Origin: a virus
Length of the DNA: 64,000 nt
Direction: 5' to 3' (one strand)
Virus record (IMG/VR): IMGVR_UViG_3300038856_000064
Location: 64,001 to 128,000 of that record
Every line of letters starts with the position of its first letter. The stretch's first letter is position 1. Shown piece after piece: positions 29,389 through 39,100 of this stretch. The notes beneath the pieces were generated by a model. The model saw only the letters and a list, made by a program, of their open reading frames with translations, had not been told where the DNA came from and did not search any database. The translations under genes were made by a program, and so were the position numbers.

Positions 29389-29416
29389 TATTATGTGTCA
29401 GAAAGAGGAGTTCGTG
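29389..29416 (-). promoter_or_regulatory. class I phage promoter at the structural/replication boundary
   Basis: CACGAACTCCTCTTTCTGACACATAATA. Confidence 0.8.
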
Positions 29417-29430
29417 CGCGTTTTCTTAAA

Positions 29431-32400
29431 TTAGCTAAAACGAATAAAGTTTTGCCGATTGCTCAAAAAGAATTTGCCTACCTGCTCTGTACCCGTTCCA
29501 GGACTTGAGTCGGTGTCCAAAACCGCTGCGTTCATTAAAATACCCTTGTCTCCCACGATAACGAATTCAGGATTTGGCACAGGAACAATATCAGTTTCCG
29601 TTACAGCATTCTGATCAACATCACCATTATCTAGAAGATTTTTAACACTTACCAAGGCGCCTGACGTACCAACATTATCAACAGAAATAACCTGAACTGG
29701 CGTAGACGAATTTCCACCAGGGTTCAAAAACACACCTGGAGTGGTTAAGGTTAAGTCTGGGCGCTCTAAAACTCGTGGCGTACTATTATTCGCTTGCGAG
29801 GCAAGTGTTGTAAGTTCACCTACATTTACTGCTCCGTTCAAAAGAGGAACGTCAACTAGACGACGAAGTGGGTTGGTATCTTGAATCGCTACGTCAAATA
29901 CACTACTAGATGTTCCTATGCCGCTTACAAAAACTACTGTGCCATTAGAAAATGGACGACCGCCAGTCCAATAGCGCTGAATTTCTCTACGTCCACCAGG
30001 TAACTTAAATTCATTGACGTGATAAAGTGCCTCGTCACCTATATTGAGAAATCCGTCAACACAAATAGCTCCGCCCCTACCAACATCAGGATCAAAATCC
30101 GGATCCGTACTGCCAGGACTCTTGGCTGGTACCGTGTATTCTTGTTGTGTTTCTCCGCGATAACGTTCTTGCGAGCCAGGTTCTGGAATATTGGTAAATG
30201 TTAATGCGAAGTTTACTTCACTAATAGTAGCTCTACGAATTGTTTCACCCTTGCCACGAGATTCGCCAATGATTGGTGGCGGGGTGGGGCGTGGCGGAAC
30301 GCGCGTAGAAGGAGCCAGGGGACTTGCAACATCAAAATCAATTGGTGCTATAATACCATTTAGAATGGCCCGCTGGCGTTCACCCAACGGTGCGTCACGA
30401 CCAAACTCAGCAAAGAAACTAGCAATACGATAATTACTTTTAATGCCGCCAAGACCAAGCGTAAAGTTAACCTCGGTTATTCCATGATTACGAACACCAA
30501 TAACCCCACTAGAGTTTGGTTCGTTATTAGAAAATGCGTCGAATGAAACTTTCGGCAAGCCCACTATCTCAATTTGAGAAAACTGAGAATTAGCTGCTGG
30601 CGCTATTAAGCCTTGCAGTCTACGAAACGCCCTGTCTTCCATTAACTGAATAGATGTTGTACGTCCCTGTGGTGGAAAATTCCATGGAGCAAACTGATTG
30701 TCAATGACGACAACCTCTGAGTCACATGGAGTAGCTAGTTGTCCACTAACCCACGTCTGCGGAAATGACATTCCATAGCGTTCAGTAAACGTAACCGGAA
30801 TAGCAACACCAGTCAGTTGTGTGTATGGATTGATCAAAATTCCAGGATCGACAATATCAAAAATACCAGAACTCGTCGAGTCTAGTGCATCCTCAGCAAG
30901 CGTTACTAGGTTACGGAAGATGAAGCTTTCGTTCAAACCAGTACCTGCAATAATAGGAAGCTCTGCTAAGATAGTCCCCTCTGGATACTCTTCGAAAGCC
31001 GCTAATTGGTCACGAGGATCAATCGGTAATTGGCCAACCTCTGTCAAGGTTATAGGAACGTAATGTTCTCCAGTGCGAGTGCGTCTGCCAGAATCTGCTG
31101 GTGCGTTACCAATATTGTAATCTTCTGTCCACTGACCAAAACCAGCCGGTGGATCTTCCCCCTCTGGGCCATAAACGGTGCCAGACGGAAGGACACAATA
31201 TGCTGTGATTTTATCGTCAGTCCCCTTGAATGGGGCTAGCGGTCCTAGGTCTCTATTGATCTCATAGTTATTTACAAATAAACCACTAGAACCAGTAACA
31301 CTAATAGTTTGCCCTTCTATTTGGTTTTCAATATTGCCCCATGCTGAATTTGCTAGTTGAAATGCACCAGAGGCAGCATTAGCTAATAATCCAGATGCAA
31401 TGAATGCACGACCAAAGAATCTTGCTGCGTGATCACGAACCCTATTGTAAAAATTTAAAACCCAATTCTGATTAGCGTCACGACGATTATTGATAAGACG
31501 GATCTGGCCAGATTCGTTACCACCTAGAGTGGCAATTGGTTGGGCTGGATCAAAACGACTCTGAAAATCTGGATGTTGTGCTGCTATCGTTCCAGCATCT
31601 CCTGCGAGACCAAAGCCTGGAGAAGTCAAGCCAAGATTAAGCGGTGCCGCCTGATACTTCTTAAAGTATGTCCAGTGTTCAATACTTTTCAATGCCGCCT
31701 GCAACTCTAGGTCTGTTGGCTTATAGCTACGCAAAATTCCAACAGCGTCAGTAAATTGCACAGAAAAATTTGGCCACGCTGGCTGAAAAACAATGCCTGA
31801 TTCTGGCGCTGGAACACCGTCAATAGAGCCAAGTAGCGCAGAGTTTAGCCACCCCTCTTGATGCGCACCCAGAAGACGAACACGCCTAGGTTGTGTTACT
31901 AAATCGTCTCCATATTGTAAACTAATCGTTTGGTCTAGACCACTGACCGCGCCCAGGTCTGCCACGATACTCAAGAGGTCTGACTCTTGTAATTCGAATG
32001 CTACCTTACGATTGATTAAGCGCACCTTTTGCTCTGACATACTCCAATACCAGTCATATGCAGTCGCCTCTAAGATACGAGTTATAGCTTCACTTAGTTT
32101 GGTTCCATCAAAACTAAAACGAATAGCTGATGCATCACCACCGAGATTTGCCTCTAGGTCTTCCTTGCTGGGGATAGTGTCTAGGTCAAAATCGATCTCC
32201 CCCTCGTCAATCGCTAGTTGAATAGCGTCAATAACCTGAGGATATGTACACCCCTGCTCTAGAACCTTTCGATATTCACGAAATAACTCTTCCGAGATAT
32301 TACCCTCACTATCCGTAAATCCATCTGTGATTCTTACTCCACGAGCTACTGAAATTACTCCAGACCCAGGATTATCCCCCAAGTCTTCAGTAATTAATTT

Positions 32401-32790
32401 TATTGCATCTAGACAACGACGGGTATCACGAATGTTAATTTGCAGAAGTGATCCTTGAGAATTGGCACTATACTCTGAGTGTATTATCTCTCCACTAGCA
32501 AGGAACTCGCCAACTGTAAATCCTATAATGGAGCCTACTGCCGGAGCCTGACCACTAGCACCATGAAACCCCTTGGGGTCATCACGGGTCGGAACCCAGG
32601 TGGTGTTGAATGAATGCGGCTGTGTGTTGAATCCAAATGAGGCATTGATCTGCACTAGAGCCGCCGCAAGGTCATGTCCTGGCTGGTTTGCCGGGACCTG
32701 TCCAGACGGAAAAGTAACGACTGGTTGACAATCCCCTAGCCCTAGCCCCTCTATATCAATTTGCTGACCATTTAGATTAAAGTTTGCCAT
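29431..32790 (-). CDS. large tail-tip/hub structural protein
   Basis: 1119 aa, beta-rich, last gene of the tail module, about 17 Ser-Gly. Confidence 0.6.
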   Translation of the reverse strand: MANFNLNGQQIDIEGLGLGDCQPVVTFPSGQVPANQPGHDLAAALVQINASFGFNTQPHSFNTTWVPTRDDPKGFHGASGQAPAVGSIIGFTVGEFLASGEIIHSEYSANSQGSLLQINIRDTRRCLDAIKLITEDLGDNPGSGVISVARGVRITDGFTDSEGNISEELFREYRKVLEQGCTYPQVIDAIQLAIDEGEIDFDLDTIPSKEDLEANLGGDASAIRFSFDGTKLSEAITRILEATAYDWYWSMSEQKVRLINRKVAFELQESDLLSIVADLGAVSGLDQTISLQYGDDLVTQPRRVRLLGAHQEGWLNSALLGSIDGVPAPESGIVFQPAWPNFSVQFTDAVGILRSYKPTDLELQAALKSIEHWTYFKKYQAAPLNLGLTSPGFGLAGDAGTIAAQHPDFQSRFDPAQPIATLGGNESGQIRLINNRRDANQNWVLNFYNRVRDHAARFFGRAFIASGLLANAASGAFQLANSAWGNIENQIEGQTISVTGSSGLFVNNYEINRDLGPLAPFKGTDDKITAYCVLPSGTVYGPEGEDPPAGFGQWTEDYNIGNAPADSGRRTRTGEHYVPITLTEVGQLPIDPRDQLAAFEEYPEGTILAELPIIAGTGLNESFIFRNLVTLAEDALDSTSSGIFDIVDPGILINPYTQLTGVAIPVTFTERYGMSFPQTWVSGQLATPCDSEVVVIDNQFAPWNFPPQGRTTSIQLMEDRAFRRLQGLIAPAANSQFSQIEIVGLPKVSFDAFSNNEPNSSGVIGVRNHGITEVNFTLGLGGIKSNYRIASFFAEFGRDAPLGERQRAILNGIIAPIDFDVASPLAPSTRVPPRPTPPPIIGESRGKGETIRRATISEVNFALTFTNIPEPGSQERYRGETQQEYTVPAKSPGSTDPDFDPDVGRGGAICVDGFLNIGDEALYHVNEFKLPGGRREIQRYWTGGRPFSNGTVVFVSGIGTSSSVFDVAIQDTNPLRRLVDVPLLNGAVNVGELTTLASQANNSTPRVLERPDLTLTTPGVFLNPGGNSSTPVQVISVDNVGTSGALVSVKNLLDNGDVDQNAVTETDIVPVPNPEFVIVGDKGILMNAAVLDTDSSPGTGTEQVGKFFLSNRQNFIRFS

Positions 32791-32791
32791 C

Positions 32792-33271
32792 CTAGTTACG
32801 GATTAATCCTATCCCGCCATCATTCTTGTGATGAGTCTTTATATCACGATTTTCAACTATCACCCTGCCACTATCATCGTCAACCCAATGAATAGTCAAG
32901 ACGTCACCCTTTAGTTCCCCAAACCCCTGCGCCTTCTCTTGGTGACCAGCCCAGTATGGATTGCTAGTTAGCATTTTCCTGATCCTTCTAGAATAGAAAT
33001 AGCCATCAGCCTGTGGCCGTAAGTCAATCTGGGCAGTCTGATTTAGATCTTTTCTGGCAAAAGCCATACTTAAGATTTTGCAATCATTATCTTTACAGAA
33101 TTGCTTCAGCCTTAACCATGAGTTAGGTTTGTCTAAACTGGCATTTTGCTCAGTCTGATAAATTTCGATCCCACAATCTAGAATAACCACCCAAAATCTC
33201 CAGAGGTCGCTCTCCTCCATCTTTGTAGCTAGATGGTATGGGGCGGCCTCTGCGCGTGTGCGCATATCCAT
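32792..33271 (-). CDS. hypothetical protein
   Basis: 159 aa, AGGAG RBS. Confidence 0.7.
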   Translation of the reverse strand: MDMRTRAEAAPYHLATKMEESDLWRFWVVILDCGIEIYQTEQNASLDKPNSWLRLKQFCKDNDCKILSMAFARKDLNQTAQIDLRPQADGYFYSRRIRKMLTSNPYWAGHQEKAQGFGELKGDVLTIHWVDDDSGRVIVENRDIKTHHKNDGGIGLIRN

Positions 33272-33285
33272 ATGTATCTCCTGTC

Positions 33286-33954
33286 CTATAGGAATTCAAT
33301 AACTGCGAACAAACCAAAGTCGCTACGTTCGCCAACCGTTTCCGGCGATGCTGATAGTCCGACAAAGAAGTCGTGAATTACCTCAGCAGTATTGCGATCT
33401 AAAAGAAGTAAACGATTATCGATAGCTCCAGCTCCCGCCATTTGAGTCCACGTAGAATCTACTGTAGGCTCATACCCCTGCACCTTTAGGTTGGTAACAA
33501 CACTACTTACGTCATCAACACCGCTAGATGCGTTTAGATTGACCGTATAGACGATACCATTTTGAGTCTGTACCTCACCAACGGTTGACTCAAAACGAAC
33601 CAATAATGTCCCTGATTCAGACGTAACATTGATTAAGGCAGTTTCTCCTAAGCCGCTTACATTTACTGTACTACTAGAAACGTATTTGTGATTAATTAAC
33701 TCGCCGCTTCCAGGAAGTCCGAAAGGATCTGCACCAAGGTTAGTTCCAGACGTATTAGTGATATACGTCTTATCTTGATAGCGATCAACGATAACAGCAA
33801 ACGGAGTCCCCTCTGGACCTCCAGCGCCAAAAAACCCGACATGGTTGGCACCACTGGTGTTACCAGGTGGATCCAATTGCTCAATCGCGACTATGCTCGT
33901 ATGATTGGAGCTAGCAGGCGATCCTGACGGGGCATAAAAGGTTATCGTACTCAC
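33286..33954 (-). CDS. putative virion structural protein
   Basis: 222 aa, beta-rich, 7 Ser-Gly; AAGGAG RBS; class II promoter upstream. Confidence 0.65.
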   Translation of the reverse strand: MSTITFYAPSGSPASSNHTSIVAIEQLDPPGNTSGANHVGFFGAGGPEGTPFAVIVDRYQDKTYITNTSGTNLGADPFGLPGSGELINHKYVSSSTVNVSGLGETALINVTSESGTLLVRFESTVGEVQTQNGIVYTVNLNASSGVDDVSSVVTNLKVQGYEPTVDSTWTQMAGAGAIDNRLLLLDRNTAEVIHDFFVGLSASPETVGERSDFGLFAVIEFL

Positions 33955-33980
33955 TTTGAATTCTCCTTACCAATAGAATA

Positions 33981-33991
33981 TATTACACTAA
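33981..33991 (-). promoter_or_regulatory. class II (late-type) promoter TTAGTGTAWWA
   Basis: TTAGTGTAATA in the intergenic gap; four copies, all before structural genes. Confidence 0.7.
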
Positions 33992-34000
33992 ATCGTACTA

Positions 34001-36187
34001 CTAAACGTCTAAGATCACCGATCTCCCACCAAAAATGCCATCGACAGGGGCAACCTGATTAATATGCGTAATAATAAAAGATGTGTCCATTTTTGCAAAA
34101 TAAACACTACCATCAAATGTCGAAAAATAAAGATAATTAAGACCCGTGGCCTCATCCCAAACTGCTGGACCGAAACTGTTAACGTCAGAAGCCTCAAGAG
34201 GTAAGCTCGGATCAAATGATATTACCGCAGAGGATGCTGGTGATATTGACATTTTATTTGGGATTGTAACTTGGTTGTTCGTTGTAACAGCTAGACGAAC
34301 TTGCCATGTTGGAAAGGAGCCAATAACATATGTGGTTGAGCTATACGATGTAGACGGAACCTGTTGTGTACTTTTAGAAGCTGTGCTAATCGAAGCAAAA
34401 CGATTTACTAGTGGAAATGAACCTGGCTCTCCCCACTGGAAGTATACCAGTCCGTTCACATTTACAAAACCATAGTTCTGCTTCCTCAAAAAGAAAAACG
34501 AAAAAATATTATTCACAGAATAGGTATTCTGAAAATACTTAGTCTGCTGAGTAGTAAAGGTAGGGGACTCTGGTGGATCAAGCTCAATCCAAATAAAGTT
34601 TCCTTCACTATCTGTTCCCTGCCTATATGTATGTTTTTCGTAAGTAATCGTAGCGGCTACCTTGTTGCCCCCGGCAGCGCGATCACCACCTGGTGATACT
34701 ATAGAGTCAATATACCCCCACTGAATGTAACGCTTACGCCAAATAACCTGGTCTGCCGCCATAATGTCACCAACGTCAAAGTTGGTACTTGGGGCTGATC
34801 CAAAAACACTTGGTCGCGGTTCAAGAGCGGAAGTTGAAAAGATAGACCAGTTTACGGGATAAAATCTATTATTTGTCGTAGCCCACTCAAATCTTGAAGA
34901 ATCTCCACCAGCTAATGGAGTAGTAACCCTATCATAAAAATAAACATCATTACCATTAGCATACCCTAATCTACCAGTGATATCAACGCCCCTAGAGTTT
35001 ACTGCACTATCCACAAAGTGACCAAAAACCCTTCTTCCGTTTATCAAGCTACGACCAACTGGTAAGCCATTCGGATTGACTTCATTTAGGTTATATAGTA
35101 AACGATCAACGATATGGACTCCACGATGAGCTATTCCATTCGGATCTATTCCACTTGTTGCATGATAATTACCTGGCCATGTTTGAATAAGCTGTCCGCT
35201 AGTGCCGGCATCAGAGACATCTAGCATATAAACATTATCACTAGAAAGTCCCGCGGGAATATCATATATAGCCTGGCGCCCTGATGCGTTGACACATCCA
35301 CTATTTTGTGTTTCGTAATATAAATTGAGCTGATCTCCTGCGGGAAATCTAGCCCATGGTATATTTTGAACAAAGTCCCCCTCGGTTGCTCCAGTCTGTC
35401 CTGAGCCAGTTAATAGCTTGAGCGTCGTTCCCTCTACTAATGCATCTCCAGTTATCAATGCACCACCAGAAGATGATACATCTAGACCAAGAAGACCATA
35501 CTTTTCTTTATCGAGATCGGTAAATGTAGGAAGTGATCCGTTTGGCAACGCTGCTGGAAAGATTGGCCTGATAGGCAAGTTGGATGTGCCAACTGCTGAA
35601 GCGGTAGGACGTGTAAACGGCTGCCACTGCACTTCATCCATATCAATGTCTTGAAATTGTAATGCACCTAACTCGACTGTCTCACCTGGTATAATTGTGC
35701 TAGATGGTGCTACCGGCACCGTATTGGTCGGAGCAGGATGAACGTAATTTAAGTCCGAGGTTCCAGACGCACTCGTATTATCCAAATCATAAACCGCTCG
35801 ATTACGACGCATATGTGCTTTAAAAAATTCATCAGACGAATACTGAGAATCAGAAGCATGAAGTGCGGTTACGTCCTCTAATAAATCGCGAAGATCTAAA
35901 ATGTAGTCTGCGTAATGTGGCGTGGCTTGTTCGTATCCACTAGCCGAAAGAGTCGGCTCAATATTAATCGATAGCGCCGCATCCTTGTTGATGTAAAGTT
36001 CAATTGGTGAGTCAACTGGATGCGATGCTATCGGAGTGAATAATCTCTTATCTAGAAGCAGTCCAAATGCGGGAATAGAAAAATAGCGCCCCTCATACCC
36101 AACGCGATCCGACTCATCTAGTCGGAATGGTTCACGAGCATAAGGGTACGGACGATAAAGAAATTCAAATCCGCTTACGCCTGTCAT
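34001..36187 (-). CDS. putative tail fibre / receptor-binding protein
   Basis: 728 aa, beta-rich, follows the LamG protein. Confidence 0.55.
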   Translation of the reverse strand: MTGVSGFEFLYRPYPYAREPFRLDESDRVGYEGRYFSIPAFGLLLDKRLFTPIASHPVDSPIELYINKDAALSINIEPTLSASGYEQATPHYADYILDLRDLLEDVTALHASDSQYSSDEFFKAHMRRNRAVYDLDNTSASGTSDLNYVHPAPTNTVPVAPSSTIIPGETVELGALQFQDIDMDEVQWQPFTRPTASAVGTSNLPIRPIFPAALPNGSLPTFTDLDKEKYGLLGLDVSSSGGALITGDALVEGTTLKLLTGSGQTGATEGDFVQNIPWARFPAGDQLNLYYETQNSGCVNASGRQAIYDIPAGLSSDNVYMLDVSDAGTSGQLIQTWPGNYHATSGIDPNGIAHRGVHIVDRLLYNLNEVNPNGLPVGRSLINGRRVFGHFVDSAVNSRGVDITGRLGYANGNDVYFYDRVTTPLAGGDSSRFEWATTNNRFYPVNWSIFSTSALEPRPSVFGSAPSTNFDVGDIMAADQVIWRKRYIQWGYIDSIVSPGGDRAAGGNKVAATITYEKHTYRQGTDSEGNFIWIELDPPESPTFTTQQTKYFQNTYSVNNIFSFFFLRKQNYGFVNVNGLVYFQWGEPGSFPLVNRFASISTASKSTQQVPSTSYSSTTYVIGSFPTWQVRLAVTTNNQVTIPNKMSISPASSAVISFDPSLPLEASDVNSFGPAVWDEATGLNYLYFSTFDGSVYFAKMDTSFIITHINQVAPVDGIFGGRSVILDV

Positions 36188-39100
36188 TCTAAATAATCAA
36201 TCCCATCCGATAAAGAATCTGATACGATACCCCACTGTCCGCTCATGGCCCAAACTGGTGTGTAGTGCCCTGGCATGGTATAGTCATGTGTCCTTACAAA
36301 ATCTATAAATTGAGTGCCAGATGGTACCTCTAGACTGTTCACAAGACTTTCTTGCATGTCGGCAAAATCTGTATACTCTAATATTCCACTAGTTGTATCT
36401 AGTCCAGATAGGGAATGAGTTAAGAATGCCCTGTGAATAGAGCTACCAGTTGTTGGTGTACCAGATAGTGAGATGCCGGGTAGGGTAGCTAGGTATGCTC
36501 CAGAAGTAGATCCAGATGGCAACAATAGGAATGGTCGGGCGCAACTAGTGCGGTATCCATAACTATCCAACACCTCAATCTTAATAGTATACCATCCTGG
36601 CGTATCAAAGACACGAGAAGCCTCATATAAGCCACTAAATGGAACGCCGTCAATCAGAGTACCCTTTTCCGCACCCTTAAAATCAGCAAACGTAAATCGG
36701 ACTTGGGTAATATCCTTGTCGTCTTGTGCAATTCCACTTCCGCGCACTGTCAAGGTATATGGTAACCCTGAAGTTATAGTTCCGACTACTGGAAGCTCTA
36801 GCGTGCATTCTGGTGGCTGAGTAATTCTGATGACACCCAGCTTCGCATCAAAAGAATAGATCTCTGTTTTTTCTACAGCAAGTCTAGCGTCAAAATCGCT
36901 TGAAGTCACTATTTGGAATGTTAGGGTGGCATCAAACTCATTACTTGTCTCACACGAGCCAAACATATAGTGTCCGACTAGTCCACTGACAACGTCCACA
37001 CCACGCATGAAGTGTCCAAAAATTCCACTTTGTGAATCTGCACCATGCAAAAATCCACCAACCAATCCACTAGTTATGATCTTGCCATGAATATAACCAC
37101 CATAAGTGCTGACGGTGCCAGAAACACCACTGATATGACCAGCGGTTAATGCCGTTTGTTCTCCGACACCATACATATACGCGCCTACAAGACCAGAAAC
37201 AATATTCTGCGCTAGTCCCTCAATCCACATACCAACAGTAGTGTCTTCGTTTTGTGTACCAGTATTAAAATTGTAAGAGTTCGCTGCCAAGCCCGAAATC
37301 TCTGGAAGTGTTAAAGCCCTACTAAATAACATCCAGTCATCCAGCAGACCTGAAAACGCACTACCTCCAGCAAGAGCATCTGATTCTGCATCACCCCTTC
37401 CTCCAAGAGCTAATCCAGAATTATTGATAGGAACCTCAACTAGATCAACGAATGATGTCCCCGCATATCGTCCATTTACCATCACGGCAAATTCATCATT
37501 ATCACGATCATATGTTACTGCTAGGTGGTTCCACTGTTGTGGAGCTAGGTCACCATTTTGTGCAGAGGTCGTCACGTCACCAGACGCGACTGCTATAGCC
37601 TGCAAAGAGTCTGATGGGCTATAAATCTTGACACCGGTTGGTGAAGAGTCTGGACCACTACCCTTATTAAGAATTACGTGTTCATCTGTGGCACTAACAG
37701 ATGGAGGGATTACCCATCCTAGGGCAGTCCATGATTGGGATCCAGAGCCAAGGTCTAACCTTTTAGCCTGAGAATTATTAGGTATCGTATCAAAATATTC
37801 TGTCTGACGAACAACAGCTCCGCTCTCGTGAATCGCAGGCTGAACACCTAAGCCGTGACCATCTTCATTGACTGGGAATAGATGATTTTGTTCCCTGCCA
37901 AAATCAATAGCAAATTTACCAGCTCGATCAAATCTCCAGTGGCTAATATTTGCAGGATCAGTATTAGAAACAGAATTTGTCCCTAATGTGTCATTATTAA
38001 AACCAAGACGTCCAACCTTACTTAGCTCATCATGTGATGCCCCACCCGCATATACGAACGGAGCTTGAATTAGTGTTCCGGAAGGAAATCCTTGTTGACG
38101 TCCAGCTACATTGAAAAGGCTAAAACCACTAGGTGTTGATGTATGGAGAGCATCTAGAGAAGTAAGGGAGGGGGAATATCCTACATTTCTTAAAAGGGTG
38201 GCGTCATCGACATCATCAGTATTTACGTAGAGGTTGGCAATAGTCGAGCCTCCGGATGGTCTTACGCTGGCGGCAATAAAGAACGGTGTGTCAAACGGCA
38301 CTTCTTCATTTGCAGTCACTGTATCAATAGATGAATCGCCAATTCTAACATTCAAGAATGGTATATTATCACTTATTCCTAATTGCCAAGAATTATTATC
38401 AGCCTCAGTTCCCCACGATCCCATAATGTGATGGTCGCCATATAGACCACTAGAGCCATTACCCTGAGTCTCTAAGTCGCCTGATGGAAGATACACAAAT
38501 GCACCCGCCGAAAATCCGCTAGATGACATCAATGAAGAGGTAGAGAAGTCTAGTATGGATCCCGTGAATGCGCGCTCAGTTAATACTATAGAGCCACTAA
38601 CATTAACTTGTAGCGAGTTACTGGAGACTGTGCTATTAAGTTCAGTATCAGAGACCTCTACGGCGCCACTTACATTCGTAAGGTGATGTCTATACCAACT
38701 CTGATCATTATAGCGAACACCAGAAACGCCATCCGGATCATATATAACCTCATTACTGTCATCGAAAATCCAATAACCATAAGTTTGTTTGAATGATGTA
38801 CTGAACGGTGAGATGTCAGGTTGTACAACTAGGCCACTAAGGGCAAAGCCAGACATTTCTGGTAGGGTTAATTTGCGTGAAAAGACAGCCCAATCATCAA
38901 ATAGTGGACGACTAGTAGTAGACGTATCATTAATTGCAGCCCACCCAAAGAAAGAATTAGGATCACTAAGTAACATTTCTTTGCTAAGCCCAGACTCTGC
39001 ACCGATTCGCACATCCTCTACTCTGATACGCTTCGCGTCACGGACAGAATATATGACGTTAGTCTTAAAATCAAATACCAAGCCCCACAACTGCCACGCA

